64,000 nt of DNA from assembly GCF_964188315.1 (NCBI RefSeq), contig NC_135667.1:10478001-10542000 (forward strand), in the 5' to 3' direction. A model generated the notes under the pieces. The model did not search any database. It worked only from the letters and a program-made list of their open reading frames with translations, and was not told the origin of the DNA. A program made the position numbers and the translations under genes. Shown in pieces: positions 23,217-36,399 of the stretch. This DNA is from Podarcis muralis. Its lineage: Eukaryota. Each line of letters begins with the position of its first letter. The first letter of the stretch is position 1.

Positions 23217-24140
23217 CTATGCTTTCCTGCCTCCTAGTCTCAAGACAGCAGTTTTCATCTCCTTGTTTCTCAGAGTGTATATGACAGGGTTCAGGAAGGG
23301 AGTCACTGTGGTGTAAAACACAGCCACCACGCCTCCCAGTGGATCTTGTGCTCCTGGTCTTAGATAAGTAAAGGTTAGAGGAATATAGCAGATCATTACA
23401 ATAATGATATGGGATGTACATGTAGAGAAGGCACGCCGCCGCCCCTCAGCACTATGAATCTTTAGGACTGCCAAAATAATGTACATATAAGAAATAAGGA
23501 GAAGGAAAACACAAGTCATGGCTACAAGACCGACATCAATCAAGGTCACCATCTCATTGAGGGTTGTATCAGCACAGGCAAGTTTCAGCACAGCTGGAAT
23601 GTCACAGAAGATATACCTCACCTCATTCCCTGGTCCATAGGGCAAGCGGAAGGTGAGAGCTGTCTCCATGGCTGAGTGCAAACAACCACCTGCCCATGTG
23701 CCAATAGCAAGCCAGAGGCAGGCATTGCGGTTCATGAGGGTGCCATAATGGAGAGGCCGGCAGATGGCCAGGAAGCGGTCATAAGCCATCACGGTGTAGA
23801 GGAAGCATTCTGTGCACCCCACAAAGTGGTAGAAGAAGAGTTGGCTCACACAACCAGCAAAGGAGATGGTCCCACCACCCTCCACAAACCCAGCAATCAA
23901 TTTGGGCACCACTACGGTCGAGGTGGCAATGTCCAAGACGGACAAGTGGCAGAGGAACCAGTACATGGGCTTGTGCAGCTGTGGTTCGCATATCACAGCC
24001 AAGAGGACCAGGAGATTACTAAGGAAGGTCAGCAAGTAGATGGACAAAAAGAAGCAAAATAAAGCAGCATGTAGCTCAGGTGGGTATGGAATCCCCAAGA
24101 GGACAAAATACATCAGTGCTGTTTGATTTTCACACTCCAT
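23217..24140 (-). CDS. Olfactory receptor, OR10G2-like (307 aa, start MECENQT)
   Basis: Intact ORF, paralogous to 9731-10654 (HKPMYWFLCHLS, RPGAQDPLGG). Confidence 0.93.
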   Translation of the reverse strand: MECENQTALMYFVLLGIPYPPELHAALFCFFLSIYLLTFLSNLLVLLAVICEPQLHKPMYWFLCHLSVLDIATSTVVVPKLIAGFVEGGGTISFAGCVSQLFFYHFVGCTECFLYTVMAYDRFLAICRPLHYGTLMNRNACLWLAIGTWAGGCLHSAMETALTFRLPYGPGNEVRYIFCDIPAVLKLACADTTLNEMVTLIDVGLVAMTCVFLLLISYMYIILAVLKIHSAEGRRRAFSTCTSHIIIVMICYIPLTFTYLRPGAQDPLGGVVAVFYTTVTPFLNPVIYTLRNKEMKTAVLRLGGRKA

Positions 24141-25527
24141 TCTTTGAATGCCTTTAAGGTTTGTCACTACAATGTACAAAAGAGAGTGACAAAAAATATG
24201 AAGCTGTGGCAAGCTCTGTGTAACATTTTGGATATCACACCAAGCTCTTGTCATTTGTTATCTGGCAGAAGGGAAGTGGTGAGATGTGGAATATCCATCT
24301 TTTCCACCCTAAATTCCAAAGGTTCAGGCGTCATCTCAGAGTCTTGGTGCAACAATCATGCAACTTCATCCCCAGGGTTCATTTCAGTCACGGTTTATCA
24401 GTACTTTCTTCCAGAAGCTATTTTCAGATACATTCCGCATATAAGCCAGGAAAATGCAAAAAGAGAATGCTTTTAAATAATGAGCACCATACCTTCTCCA
24501 ATCCTATCCTTCCTCCAGACATACAAATGGACAAAATAAATTGTGGGGAAAGAGTTCTAGGTTGGAGGACATGATATAGCCAGACTTGAATGCTGGTTTC
24601 TCTACATTTAGTAGTTGGTCACTTTTCTCCCGCATATTCCATGCAACTGAGGAAAAGGTTGTAATCTGATAACAGTCCTTATCATAATGGAGACTCTTAG
24701 GAAGGAGAGGTCCAAGCAATACAGGTTGTGGACTTGGGCCCTGAAGACACAGAATCCCACCTGCTCCTTCATATTGAGATGCCCAGTAGAAAATGTTCTG
24801 TGCCTTATTCGTGCCTTCACTCAACTATCTGGAGAGACAGCCAATCCCTTTTCTGTCCTTCAGCCAAGTTTGAACCCTGAAATAACAGCTGGTGTTCAGT
24901 GGCCAGCGCAGCAGAATGAGTGCTCTCCTCTAGAGGTCCTAAGTTTCTCATCGTAAATCCATTCCTAACATTCTCCCACAACTCTGGATTTTTCCTATAA
25001 GTTCTTCCCTTTTTATAATACTGTATTTGTGTCTGATCTTCTTTATATCCTCTCCCTCCCTTGTGCATTTATTTCCTCCCTAGGTTTCTGATTTCCAGGC
25101 TTTTGGGATTTGAAGGCATTTCTGAACTCATGATTGTGCTGTGTGTTTTGATCATAACAATGCACCTTGGGCTTATAATAACTCCATTTGGAGTTACATC
25201 AGATTTTCAAAACATCATCATGGCAAAGTGAAAGGCCATAACTCAGTGGCAGAGCACATCTTTTGTGTGCAAAAGGTCTTGTTGGCAATACTATGCTGGA
25301 TGAACCAGCTTCCTACATCCACACTGAATTTACTGTTTCAAAATACAAGCTGTGCTTCCTTTCCCCCATACATGTTCATGGCTTCCTTTAGTTTTCATGG
25401 GGAACAGTATTGCTGCCGAAATTAATAACAGCAAACAGGCCTGTTGCCCTTTTGTGGTTGGTAGGGATGAATACTGGAAGACCAATAGGAAGAGGAGCTA
25501 GAGACAACGATGGGCAAAGTCACTCCC

Positions 25528-25567
<40 letters not shown>

Positions 25568-25820
25568 GGTAAGAAGGCAGGCAGGTGCGGAATCACCGAC
25601 AACAGACTGAAGCTGGCACAGGGAATACCCAATTCACCCCAATGAACCAATCTCCACTGCTCTTGTCTCTTGCACATAGATTTTTATTATTTGTAGCTCG
25701 AACCAAGTTTCTACATAACAAAGTCCCTACCTGAAAGCAACTGCATGATCCAAGAGACCTTACACAGGAGCAGGCGATCTTTCAGGTTACCCGGTCTCTG
25801 TTAAGAATAATTGTTTAATG

Positions 25821-26151
25821 CAGTGGCATAGCGTGGGTTGCCAGTGCCCAGGGCCATGCAGAGGGGGTAGTGGTAGGGAGGTAAACAGGTGGAGTAGGCA
25901 TGCACATTCAACTGCCTAATGGCATCCGCATCACCTGGGAGATCACAGCTGCAGAGATACAAAAAGAGTCATTCATTGTCTGCAGAGGTCACTTCCTGGT
26001 TCACATGGAGAAGCTGTTTTCAATGGAAACCAGCTACGGAAGCAAGCAACTGTATTGAGGCAGCACCGGATGTTGAAAATTTGTATCCCCGAACAATATT
26101 GCACCCAGGACAACTTGTGACTCCTCCCCCCCCCCCCATGCTACGCCACTG
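25821..26151. mobile_element. hAT-like MITE
   Basis: TIR CAGTGGCATAGCGTGGG / CCCATGCTACGCCACTG; perfect 8-bp TSD GTTTAATG. Confidence 0.85.
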
Positions 26152-26258
26152 GTTTAATGTACATTGAAATGGAAGATTGAAGCATATTTTTGGACTGGAA
26201 ATTTTTTATTTTGATATAAGAGCCAATTTTTGTTTACCCAGCAGCTTCTACACAAACA

Positions 26259-26259
<1 letters not shown>

Positions 26260-26329
<70 letters not shown>

Positions 26330-26630
26330 AGTGGTACCTCGGGTTAAGTACTTAATTCGTTCCGGAGGTCTGTTCTTAACCTGAAACTGTTCTTAACCTG
26401 AAGAACCACTTTAGCTAATGGAGCCTCCTGCTGCCACCGTGCCGGCAGAGCACGATTTCTGTTCTTATCCTGAAGCAAAGTTCTTAACCTGAAGCACTAT
26501 TTCTGGGTTAGTGGAGTCTGTAACCTGAAGCGTATGTAACCTGAAGTGTATGTAACCTGAGGTACCACTGGAAGAAGAAGAAGAAGAAGAAGAAGAAGAA
26601 GAAGAAGAAGAAGAAGAAGAAGAAGAAGAA
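26260..26630. repeat. (TAA)n, Tc1/mariner MITE (26329-26570) and (GAA)n
   Basis: MITE of the 12967 family flanked by two microsatellites. Confidence 0.85.
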
Positions 26631-27109
26631 GGAGAAGACCTCTAAGGTGACCTGGCAGCTGATTGTCAGCCAATGCACTTCTCTCAGTACAGGTATCATA
26701 GATGCATATCCAGTTGCTTCACTCGACAGCCTGGCCACAGAGTTCTGCACCAGCTGCTGCTTCCAGGACCTCAGGACCACATTTCCCCATGTCACTGGTA
26801 CCAACATGCACTCCAACCACTGAATACTTCCCTGCCCTGACTCTGTGGTGACATCTCTTTCCTTCCTGAGAAAGACTTTCATTTAAAAATGTTTTTTTTA
26901 AAAAAAAAAACCTTAACCTCACATCACCATTTTCTCACACTGCTTCACATAGTCAACTACAATTCAATGAGTGATGTGAAGAGTTACAGCTCCATGGTAC
27001 AGTATCTGCTTTGTTTTCAAAAAGTCCCAGGTTCAATCTCTAGCATCTCCAGGTAGGACTGGGAAAGGACTTTGTCTGGAACCTATCCCTCCCTCTCTCC
27101 TACAGACAC

Positions 27110-27845
27110 TTTTAAAAAGCCATAGAATGTTAATCAGCCAGACAACTGGCTGAAGGGAAATGTTCTCACCTGGTGCCTAAAGATATGTAATGAAGGTGCC
27201 AGGTGAACTTCCTTGGGGAGAGCATTCCACCGCCGAAAAGGCCCATCCTCTGGACGTCTCATGGAGGAGGCACTCAAAGAAGGACCTCACAAGATTATTA
27301 TTTATTATTATTTATTGAATTTATATACCGCCCTATACCCGAAGGTCTCAGGATGCTGATTACAGATGATGATTGCAGGGTCCAAGTCAGTACATATGGG
27401 GAGACGCAATCCTTGTGGTATTGCAGTCCTGTGCCATTTTAGGCTTTAGAGGTCAACACCAGCACTTTGAATTGGGCCCAGAAACTAACTGGCAGCTGGT
27501 ACAATCAGGCCAGAATCAGCTTAATATGCTCAAACCGTCTTGCCCTGGTGAACAACATGACTGCCAAATTCTGCACCAGCTGGAGTTTCTGTACCATCTT
27601 CAGAAACAGCCCTACATATAATATGTTGCCATAATCTAACCTAGAGATTACCAGAGCATAGACGACAGAAATTAGGCTATCCCTACCCAGATAGGAGCGT
27701 AGCTGGGCCACCAGCCGAAGCTGGTGGAAGGCACTCCCCACCACTGGGGCCACCTGAGCCTCAAGCAACAGCAAATGACCCAGAAGTAACTCCAAGCTAC
27801 ATACCCGCTTCTTCAGAGGGAGCGTAACCCAACCAAGAGCAGGCA
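27110..27845 (-). mobile_element. L2-clade LINE fragment
   Basis: Encodes VISRLDYGNILYVGL...LQLVQN. Confidence 0.8.
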
Positions 27846-28009
27846 ACCTCTCCCATTCATCTACTCTGGGAAACCAGCCAGTAACAGTGCCTCATTCTTA
27901 TCTGGATTGACCAAGGCAAGTCAGTGGAGCACTACATCCACTGCTACACCTGCAGCTGTAACTGTGAAGTAGAGCTGGATGTCTCTCTACTGACAGAGGT
28001 CCTCATACA

Positions 28010-28800
28010 GGGTGACCAAAGCAGGCTGCGTCGGGGTTTTTTTATTTTTGCAATGCTGCATCCACGCCGGAGGGGACGCATCGGACCGTGGGGAGACCCC
28101 TTGGCGGGCGTGCAAGGCAATGCATGCGTGCAGGCGTTGCATGGAGTGCAGTGCAATGCAATGGCAACACGGCGCCCTGCATGCATGCATGCAACTTCCA
28201 CCGGCGCTCCGGACTTGGCAGGTGAGGGGGGTCCCCAGTGGGCGGCAGAGAGAGCCGGGAGGGCGAAGGGGAGCCGGGGGGGAGCAGCGCTGCTCCCCGA
28301 GCCGAGCCCGGGGGGAAACTTCGGCGTCGTTGCGCCGGGTGTTGGAAGCGGAGGCTGGCGGGGGCCCCTCACCTGCAAAACCTGGTCGCCTCTCATATAT
28401 TTCGTGCATTGCATTCATCGCCCGATTTCTCCTCCAAGGAGCTCCCGGGGGCGCGCGTGGTTCTCCCCGTGTTATCCTCGCAACAACAGCCCTGCGAGGT
28501 GGGTCAGGCGAGTGGCCCAAGGGAGCACCCAGGGATTGTCCTGGCCAGGTGGGGTGATTTGAACCCTGCTCTCTGCCCGGTCTTCATCCTCATTTAGCCC
28601 CCACATGTGCATGACTGTGCATGACTGAGGTTTCCCCCCCTCGTCTTGGCTATGGTGTGAGTCTGTGCTGTTAATTAATGGGGTTCTGCCTTCGGAGAAG
28701 ATGAGCCAGCCCTCAAGGAGGTGATTATGTAATTTGCTAGCAATTCATGTCCCTCCCGGCGTGACGCTGCGCGCTGACGTCACGGGGCTGTAATGGTGGT
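28010..28800. promoter_or_regulatory. CpG-island-like GC-rich segment
   Basis: Dense CpG against CpG-poor flanks; 20-bp palindrome at 28279-28298; TGACGTCA at 28775-28782. Confidence 0.5.
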
Positions 28801-29297
28801 GTGCCTCGAGATTTTTTTCATGAAACAAGTGTGCCTTTGCCCAAAAAAGGTTGGGAAACACTGATCTAGAATATCCATTTCCTCCAAGAGCGCCTGGATC
28901 TGGTCCGCAACCACCCACTCAAGAGCCTTGTCAAGAAGGGGAGATTAGCAACTGGCCGGTAGTTACTTAGATTTTCTGAATCCAGGGTTTACTACTACTT
29001 CTTTTAAGCAGGCAGGGACCACCCCCCTCTTCGCTTCCAGCCCCGCAAAGCAAGGGCAAGGAAGGGATCAAAGGGTGCGTGGCTGTTGCTTCTTTCTCAT
29101 GCCGCCCCCCCTAGCCAGATCATCCCAGCCTCGCAAAGCAGATTGGGGCTGGCGTCACGTTGGTGGCAAGGGTTGGGCTCGTGCATCCGCACCCACCTGC
29201 CAGCCCTGGATGCCAGGAAGACACACTCCACCACTGCCCTCTTGCAAGAAGGCGTCGATCACTTCCGTAGCCCAGACAGCTGCCCCATTTCCTGCTA

Positions 29298-29511
29298 CAG
29301 TGGTACCTCAGGTTAAGAACGTAGTTCGTTCTGGAGGTCCGTTCTTAACCTGAGGTACCACTTTAGCTAATGGGGCCTCCCGCTGCTGCCGCGCGATTTC
29401 AGTACTCATCCTGAAGCAAAGTTCTTAACCCGAGGTACTATTTCTGGGTTAGCAGAGTCTGTAACCTGAAGCGTCTGTAACCTGAAGCATCTGTAACCCG
29501 AGGTACCACTG
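29298..29511. mobile_element. Tc1/mariner-type MITE
   Basis: CAGTGGTACCTC...GAGGTACCACTG termini. Confidence 0.85.
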
Positions 29512-30188
29512 GACTTTTAATCAGCCAAGAAAAGCAAGGGTCTAGAGTACAAGTGATCGCCCTGACCGATCCAAGCAGTTTGTCGACATGCTTGAGCCTT
29601 ACGAACTGAAAGTCACCCAACACAACAGGACCAGACAGGGCTCTGGACACCCCATGAGATTCACCTGCTATAATAGATGATGAATAATAATAACTGTTTT
29701 TATTCCTCTCCTCCTTGCTAAATAATCTTGCTTCACTGGGCCTTATCTCAGACACATTCCAAACAATCAAAAGCACTTCCTGAGAGAGGGGATGTGGCCT
29801 GGGAAGGGACATGGCCTGAGAAGATCCTTGAAGGTCACATTGTGAGATCTGGAGGGCTGTATTTTGCTCCCAGGCCTGAGGATCCCAATCTCTGGAAGAG
29901 CAATATGCCCTCATGTTGCGTGTCTAGACGCTCATGCCTCCGTATAAATGGTCCTGGCCACGCCCCCACCAGCCAGCAGATTGGCTGGCTGAGTGGTGAC
30001 GCAGCTGGGATCCCCAGGGCAATGCGGGACTTCGTCCCCCACCCAGGGGGAGAGTGGGTGGCCACGTGGTCCACCGCAACTCCTCCCCACTAGGAAGTGG
30101 AGTGGACTTATCATATTGTGCCATCCAGAGGTGAGAAGCTTAGTCTGATGTTCTGTTTCCAATTTGTTTCCTCTTCAACGAAAAGGAT

Positions 30189-31115
30189 CTAAGCACCTTT
30201 CATCCTCTTGAAAGCTGCCTGAACCTCCTTGTTCCGCAGAGTGTAGATGATGGGGTTCAACATCGGGGTGACCACATTGCAGAAAATCTGGATGGGTGTA
30301 GCTAACACATCGCTCAGGGACGGCTGGGTGTAGAGAAGAGCACAAGGCCCAAAGAAGAAGCAAACGACGGTCAAATGGGACGCACAGGTGGAAGCTGCCT
30401 TGCGCCGGCTTTCCGCCGAGCGCATCTTCAGGACCGAGACGGCAATTCTGACGTAGGATGTGAGGATGAGGCAGAAGCAGGCCATGGGCACCACACCAAT
30501 GTTGGTGAAGCTCACCGTCTCGATGATGTAGGTGTCGGCGCAGGCTAGCTTGACCACTGGGAAGATGTCGCACAAGAAGTAGTCCACCTCGTTGGTTCTG
30601 CAGTACGGCAACGTGAAGGTCAAGCTGGTCAAAATGGTGGCATGGAACGAACTAGTGAACCATGTGCCCGCTGCCAGAAGGGCACATACTTTCCGGTTCA
30701 TGATGACCGTGTACCTCAGTGGGTGGCAGATGGCAGCGTAGCGATCATAGGCCATGACGGTGTAGAGGAGGCACTCGGTGCTTCCCAGGAAGTGGTAGAA
30801 GAAGACCTGGCACATGCATCCGCCTAAGGAGATGGTTCTGCTCCCTGCCCAGATGTTGGCCAGGAACTTAGGGGTGCTGATGGAGGAGAAGCCCAAGTCT
30901 ACCACAGAGAGATTGCAGAGGAACCAGTACATGGGAGTGTGGAGGCGAGCATCAGTGATGATGGCAGAGAGGATGAGGAGGTTGCCGAGCAAAGTGGTGA
31001 GGTAGAAAGATAGAAATACGGCAAAGAGGATGTTGTGTATGCCTTCAGTGTGGGGGATGCCAAGGAGAATGAATTCCAAGATTACGGTGTGGTTTCTCAT
31101 TTCAGATCCAACCAT
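30189..31115 (-). CDS. Olfactory receptor, OR10D-like (308 aa)
   Basis: Intact ORF MVGSEMRNHT...; acceptor tttag| lies 4 nt before the ATG. Confidence 0.93.
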   Translation of the reverse strand: MVGSEMRNHTVILEFILLGIPHTEGIHNILFAVFLSFYLTTLLGNLLILSAIITDARLHTPMYWFLCNLSVVDLGFSSISTPKFLANIWAGSRTISLGGCMCQVFFYHFLGSTECLLYTVMAYDRYAAICHPLRYTVIMNRKVCALLAAGTWFTSSFHATILTSLTFTLPYCRTNEVDYFLCDIFPVVKLACADTYIIETVSFTNIGVVPMACFCLILTSYVRIAVSVLKMRSAESRRKAASTCASHLTVVCFFFGPCALLYTQPSLSDVLATPIQIFCNVVTPMLNPIIYTLRNKEVQAAFKRMKGA

Positions 31116-31816
31116 GTTGCTAAACGGATATTTTTTGGGTGGGGGGGGGAGAGAAAAAACACACAGTCTTGGTCAGTTCTTCAGAAATCTACTTAGGCTA
31201 CTGAGTTGCAAAGGATCTACATCTGTTGTGAGGAATCTGTGGCCCTCCAGATGTTGATGAAATCTCAACTCTCATTAGACTCAGCCTGCATGGCTGATGG
31301 ACAAGGATGATGGGACTTGTAGTCAACATCTGGAAGATTCCCCATTCTACAGGAACTGGAAGCAATTCTCCAAGGTTTCAAACAGAAGTCTTCCCCAACC
31401 CTACCTGGAGGACTGAACCATTTGCAGCGTTTGTCAAGCATGTACACCCAGAGTCAGCTCTAGATATTATTGGAGGGGTTGCAGATAAGAGTCCTAGCTC
31501 ATCGTCTTCCTCCTGTCCTGACTGGCTATCTGACATAGGAGGGACACACTGTAAGGCAGAGCCTGGAATGAATAGCAGCTGAGGCAAGGAAAGTACCAGA
31601 GGTTGGGGGCTGGAAACAAGTGAGCAGCGGAAGGGAGAGGAGAGGCTGCAAAACAGATTGGAGCATCAATTGGACTGCAGATCCCTTTGAACTCTTATTT
31701 CTGAGTAGGCTTGCATAGTGTCAGGCTACATCCTCTTAGAACTTACTTCTGAGTAAGCCAATAGGATTTGCAGCTAGGTAGCTAGGTAAGCATTTTTTAT
31801 TTTTATTTTTTTGTAG

Positions 31817-32170
31817 GGGACGCGGGTGGCGCTGTGGGTAAAAGCCTCAGCGCCTAGGGCTTGCCGATCGTAAGGTCGGCGGTTCGAATCCCTGTGGCGG
31901 GGTGCGCTCCCATTGCTCGGTCCCAGCGCCTGCCAACCTAGCAGTTCGAAAGCACCCCCGGGTGCAAGTAGATAAATAGGGACCGCTTACTGGCGGGAAG
32001 GTAAACGGCGTTTCCGTGTACGGCTCTGGCTCGCCAGATGCAGCTTGTCACGCTGGCCACGTGACCCGGAAGTGTCTCCGGACAGCGCTGGCCCCTGGCC
32101 TCTTGAGTGAGATGGGCGCACAACCCTAGAGTCTGGCAAGACTGGTCCGTACGGGCAGGGGTACCTTTAC
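31817..32170 (+). mobile_element. Sauria SINE
   Basis: GGGACGCGGGTGGCGCTGTGG head and ACCTTT tail. Confidence 0.9.
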
Positions 32171-34617
32171 ATTTTTAAGCATTTTTAGGATCAGGCTGTA
32201 AAGTGCTGGGGTGTCCAGCAATGTGCATAAATGTGTGGACTGTGCATGCTTCTGCGGAATCTCGTTCACAGATCTTTTCCTGATAATCTTCAGGCAAAGC
32301 ACCCATTTTGCTAGGAAGCTTTTTACCTGCAGCACACTCCATGGGAATCATTCCAGAATTAGTCCTGCGGAAATCTGTGCCATGAATTCACTGTGTACAC
32401 TTTGGCCTCAGTTCCTCCATCTCTAAAATGGGAAGCTGCCCACCTCATCTGAAGGGCAGGTTGTAGCAGCTGGAGTGGGTGATCAAGGCTAACTTAGGTG
32501 CCTCCAGCAGCTAAGAGCCTGGGGTAATTCTGCAAGCATTTCACTAAAGGACAGGGTGAAGATTTTAAATGGATTTTGCAAATGCATAAGTTATATATGA
32601 ATAATAATGCAGTAAAGGCAATTATCCTGAATCAGGCTGCAGCAGAGTGAGAGAAATTCTGCTAAGAAGCCAGCTCTGGCAGGCTGCTCTCTCCATCAAT
32701 TGTCACCTGGAAGCAGTTTCAGCAGAAGGAGAGAAGGGAAGCGGGAGACTCTTTTAATTAAGAACTAATTCTGGGCTCATCCACACTTACCTTTTGTCCT
32801 GCACTTTCTAGGCATGTGTTAAAGCGTCGTGTCCCAGTGCATTCCCTGCACAAACCTGTTCTGAATGCTGAATCAGAACAAAGGGCAATTTGGATTTTCC
32901 ACATATTGCTGTTTGCTCCAATTCAGCAGTAAAGAGCAGTTTTTTTCATCCAGAAAGCAGCAGGACAAAAAAAAGTGCTCAGATATCATAGAATCATGGA
33001 GTTGGAAGGCACCGTGTGGATGATCCAATCTAGGGATGGCCAACTCCCAAGAGACGGCGAGCTTCTCACAGAGTTAAAAACTGACAGTGATCAACCCCAT
33101 TTTGAGGGGTTCAGGTCAAAGTTGTTAAGCTTCTTTTTTTAGGAAGGAAAGCCCTGTTTTGGGGGGTTCGGGTTGTTGAGCATTTTTTAGGGGAGCCAAG
33201 GTTGTTGAGCTTTTTTGGGGGGAGTCAGTGATCTACCAGTGATCTACCACAGACGTCCAGTGATCTACCGGTAGATCACGATCTACCTGTTGGACGTGCC
33301 TGCCAACGCCCTGCAATGCAGGAATTTTTCACCCAAGGTGAAATCTCACAACCCTGAGATTAAAAGTCTATCAGCTGAATTATCCGAGCTTTGTGGCTCT
33401 TTGAAGTATGAACTAGAAACATGGCACAAAAGGAAGTCCAGATGAGCCCTCAGTGGTGAGAAACATGTGTGCTACCAGGTCTTTTTATTAAGCTCCAGCT
33501 CCCATCAGTCCTTGCCATCATGGCCAATGGTCACAGATGAAGAGAACATCTGGAGGACCGCACCCTGAACTAGCACCTGTGTTTGTTTGTTTTCCCTCCT
33601 CCCTTCCTATAACTTTTCCCCCTTTGTGTCATCTCCTAGATTGCAAGCAGAAGAGTAGGATCATTGACCGTTGCAAGCCGTTCAGCCAGTTTGTACCGAA
33701 GAACAGGGCAAATACATTTGGTGAATTGATAATAAAATTGGACCTTTTGAATAAGGAAAGGTAGATGTTTAAAAAGCATTCAAACAACAAAGAAAAGGAG
33801 CCGGAGAAAAGAAATATTCTCTTACCCTGCATGCATCGAAGACAGGGAGTTACTGCATTACTTAGTTCTTCTCTCTGATGCTGAATATTATCATCTCAGC
33901 CCACCACCAGCACCTGTTTCCTTGAAATAAAACTTCTACTGATTGATCAGAGCGGGTGTCTTCCCTTCTTTCTTTCACAAGAAAATCTACTTTGCCCTTA
34001 CATCAGTTCAGTAAAAATGCAGATCTCCTGTGTTGCAGGTTCTGGAAGTCTAAATAGCCCCAGTCTTCTGGAGGCATCTTTACATCTTCTGTGTCCTTCT
34101 GTAGGGATTTGAGACTCTGGAGAATGCCTTCCAGTCTCCCTGTCTCATGGCAGCACTCAGTGAAATCACCAGCAGGGTTGCATCAGTTGTTTTGAACAGT
34201 TAATTAGCTGCCTGTAAAATGGAAGGGGAGGCAGTCGTCTCTTAGGCTGTCAAACAAAGCCTGGGGCCTTTAAAAGATCTCTGTGGCACCCTTAGCACTC
34301 TCCAAGGAAATGATCATCTCCTGGTTTAAGGATTAGTGACTTGATAGGAAAGTAAAGGAGTTACATGTGACCTCTAAAGGTTGTGAAGGTTGCACAAAGA
34401 CCATGATGACTATGTTCTCCCTCAAATGTCACAGGCAGTATGCCTCTGAAAACCTGTTGCTTGGAATCAGAATTGTGGAGAGCATTGCCAAACTCCTGCC
34501 CTCCTTGCAGGCTTCCCGTAGACATCTAGTTGGCCACTGTGAGAAAAGTATGCCAGACCAGATGGGAGCTGCAGTCCAACACCATCTGGTGTGCCCCTCA
34601 TTGGTTACCTTTGGAGT

Positions 34618-35016
34618 GGATGCGGGTGACGCTGTGGTCTAAACCACTGAGCCTCTTGGGCTTGCTGATCAGAAGTTGCTGATCAGAAGATCGGCAGTTT
34701 GAATCCCTGCGACTGAGTGAGCTCCCATTGCTCTATCCCAGCTCCTGCCAACCTAGCAGTTTGAAAGCGCACTAGTGCAAATAGATAAATAGGTACCACT
34801 GCGGTGGGAAGGTAAACGGCGTTTCCATGTGCTCTGGTTTCCATCACAGTGTCCAGTTGCACCAGAAGCGGTTTAGTCATGCTGGCCACATGACCTGGAA
34901 AGCTGTCTGTGGGCAAACACCGACTCCCTTAGCCTGAAAGTGAGATGAGCGCTGCAACCCCATAGTTGCCTTTGACTGGACTTAACCGTCCAGGGGTCCT
35001 TTACCTTTTACCTTTT
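34618..35016 (+). mobile_element. Sauria SINE
   Basis: Homologous to the other copies. Confidence 0.88.
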
Positions 35017-35709
35017 GCCCTTGAAGTAGGCATCTGGACTGTGGGAACAAAGGGTTCTATCCAACTAAGACTTATTTGGAGTAGGCCCACTGAAATTCAT
35101 GGACTTAGTCATGTTCATTAATTTCTTTTTTCCAATTATATTTTATTAAGTTTCAACCTAGCATATACAATCAAAACACAATGACATCTTTTTGCTTAGT
35201 TTTGTTAATTTCCCACCCAATTTTCTATGGAATTGCTGTTTCTTCCCTTCTGCTGCCCTATCTTCTATCTACTAAATCATAACCCCAATATTATAATCTA
35301 ATTACTTACGTTGCTCATGGCTCAAATCCTGCCCGAGACTTCGTCATATGGTAGCATTTCTTTAAGCAGTCCAAAAAGTCATATTCATTAACTTCAGTGG
35401 GTCTACGCTGAAGTAAGCATTGGATGGAACCCAGAATGCTGGACCAGACAGACCTTTCATCTGACCCAACAACCTCTTCTTACATCCTTCTGTTTGACAG
35501 TGGATCAGAGTGTCTTGGAAAGGAATGGACTCTTCTCCATTAGAAGTTGACTGTCCGCCTATAAGGGATGCTGTAGCAGCTGTTTACTGACAGGAGGGTA
35601 GACTGGAAGACATTTGAGGGCCCTTCCAACTCTAGGATCCTGTCAATGGTATCCACGGCAGGGCACTGTGCTGAGATTCTGCTCCAAGAGCAACACTGAG
35701 CAGGCTGGT

Positions 35710-35748
35710 AGCTTTTGTGCAGATGGCGCCTGGCTTCCTTCCACTGTG
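35710..35748 (-). other. 23-bp-spacer recombination signal sequence (RSS)
   Basis: Minus strand reads CACAGTG + gaaggaagccaggcgccatctgc (23 nt) + ACAAAAGCT, directly after the YFCAMS codons. Confidence 0.92.
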
Positions 35749-36043
35749 CTACTCATGGCACAGAAGTATACAGCAGTGTCGCTCAGTCTTGCCACGTCTT
35801 TTTTCAGCGTGGTGCGGCGAGATTCTTTGATCACGTCTAGCATGAACTCCTCAGCAGCTGCAACAGACTTTCCATCATAGCCGTGTCCCAAGTAGGACAT
35901 TGTGCTCCCAGCCTGCTTGTACCAATACATCGTGTCGTGGGATGCACTTAGGTTTTGAGTACAGTCAATTAGGATCTTGCCTCCTTCCAAGGAAAAGACT
36001 TTCTCAGGTTGCATGACTTGGCCAAAGGCAAAGCACTGAGCCA
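35749..36043 (-). CDS. TRAV: T-cell receptor variable segment, V exon (TRAV-type)
   Basis: Ig V-set hallmarks IDC, WYKQ and LSDTAVYFCAMS; acceptor ccacatag|TG (phase 1); 23-RSS; no stop codons. Confidence 0.9.
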
Positions 36044-36359
36044 CTATGTGGAAAGAGACGGTGATTATAGGAAGAGAGTGAAGGAAGGGCTGTAACTCAC
36101 TGGGGGTGCAGAAAGTCCCAGGTTCAATCTCTCACAGCATCTACAGGTAGGACTGGGAGAGACACTGTGTCTGAAATCCTGGAGAGCCTCTGCCAGTTGA
36201 TGTGGACTATATGGAGCTAGATGGACTGGAACAATCTCTGTCTAAGACCCTGGAAAGCTTCTGCTGGTCAGAGTATTGGACTAGATCAGGTTTAGCTTAC
36301 ATGGCTCCCCCCAGAGTTGTTCCTGGACCACAACTCCCATCAGCCCCAGCCAGCATGAC

Positions 36360-36397
<38 letters not shown>

Positions 36398-36399
36398 TT

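Noticed and set aside
27924-28597. Several 120-210 aa ORFs on both strands
   Set aside because: Expected from the scarcity of stop codons in a GC-rich island; low-complexity products with no homology signal.
35664-35670. Second CACAGTG heptamer downstream of the V gene
   Set aside because: No nonamer at a 12- or 23-bp spacing.
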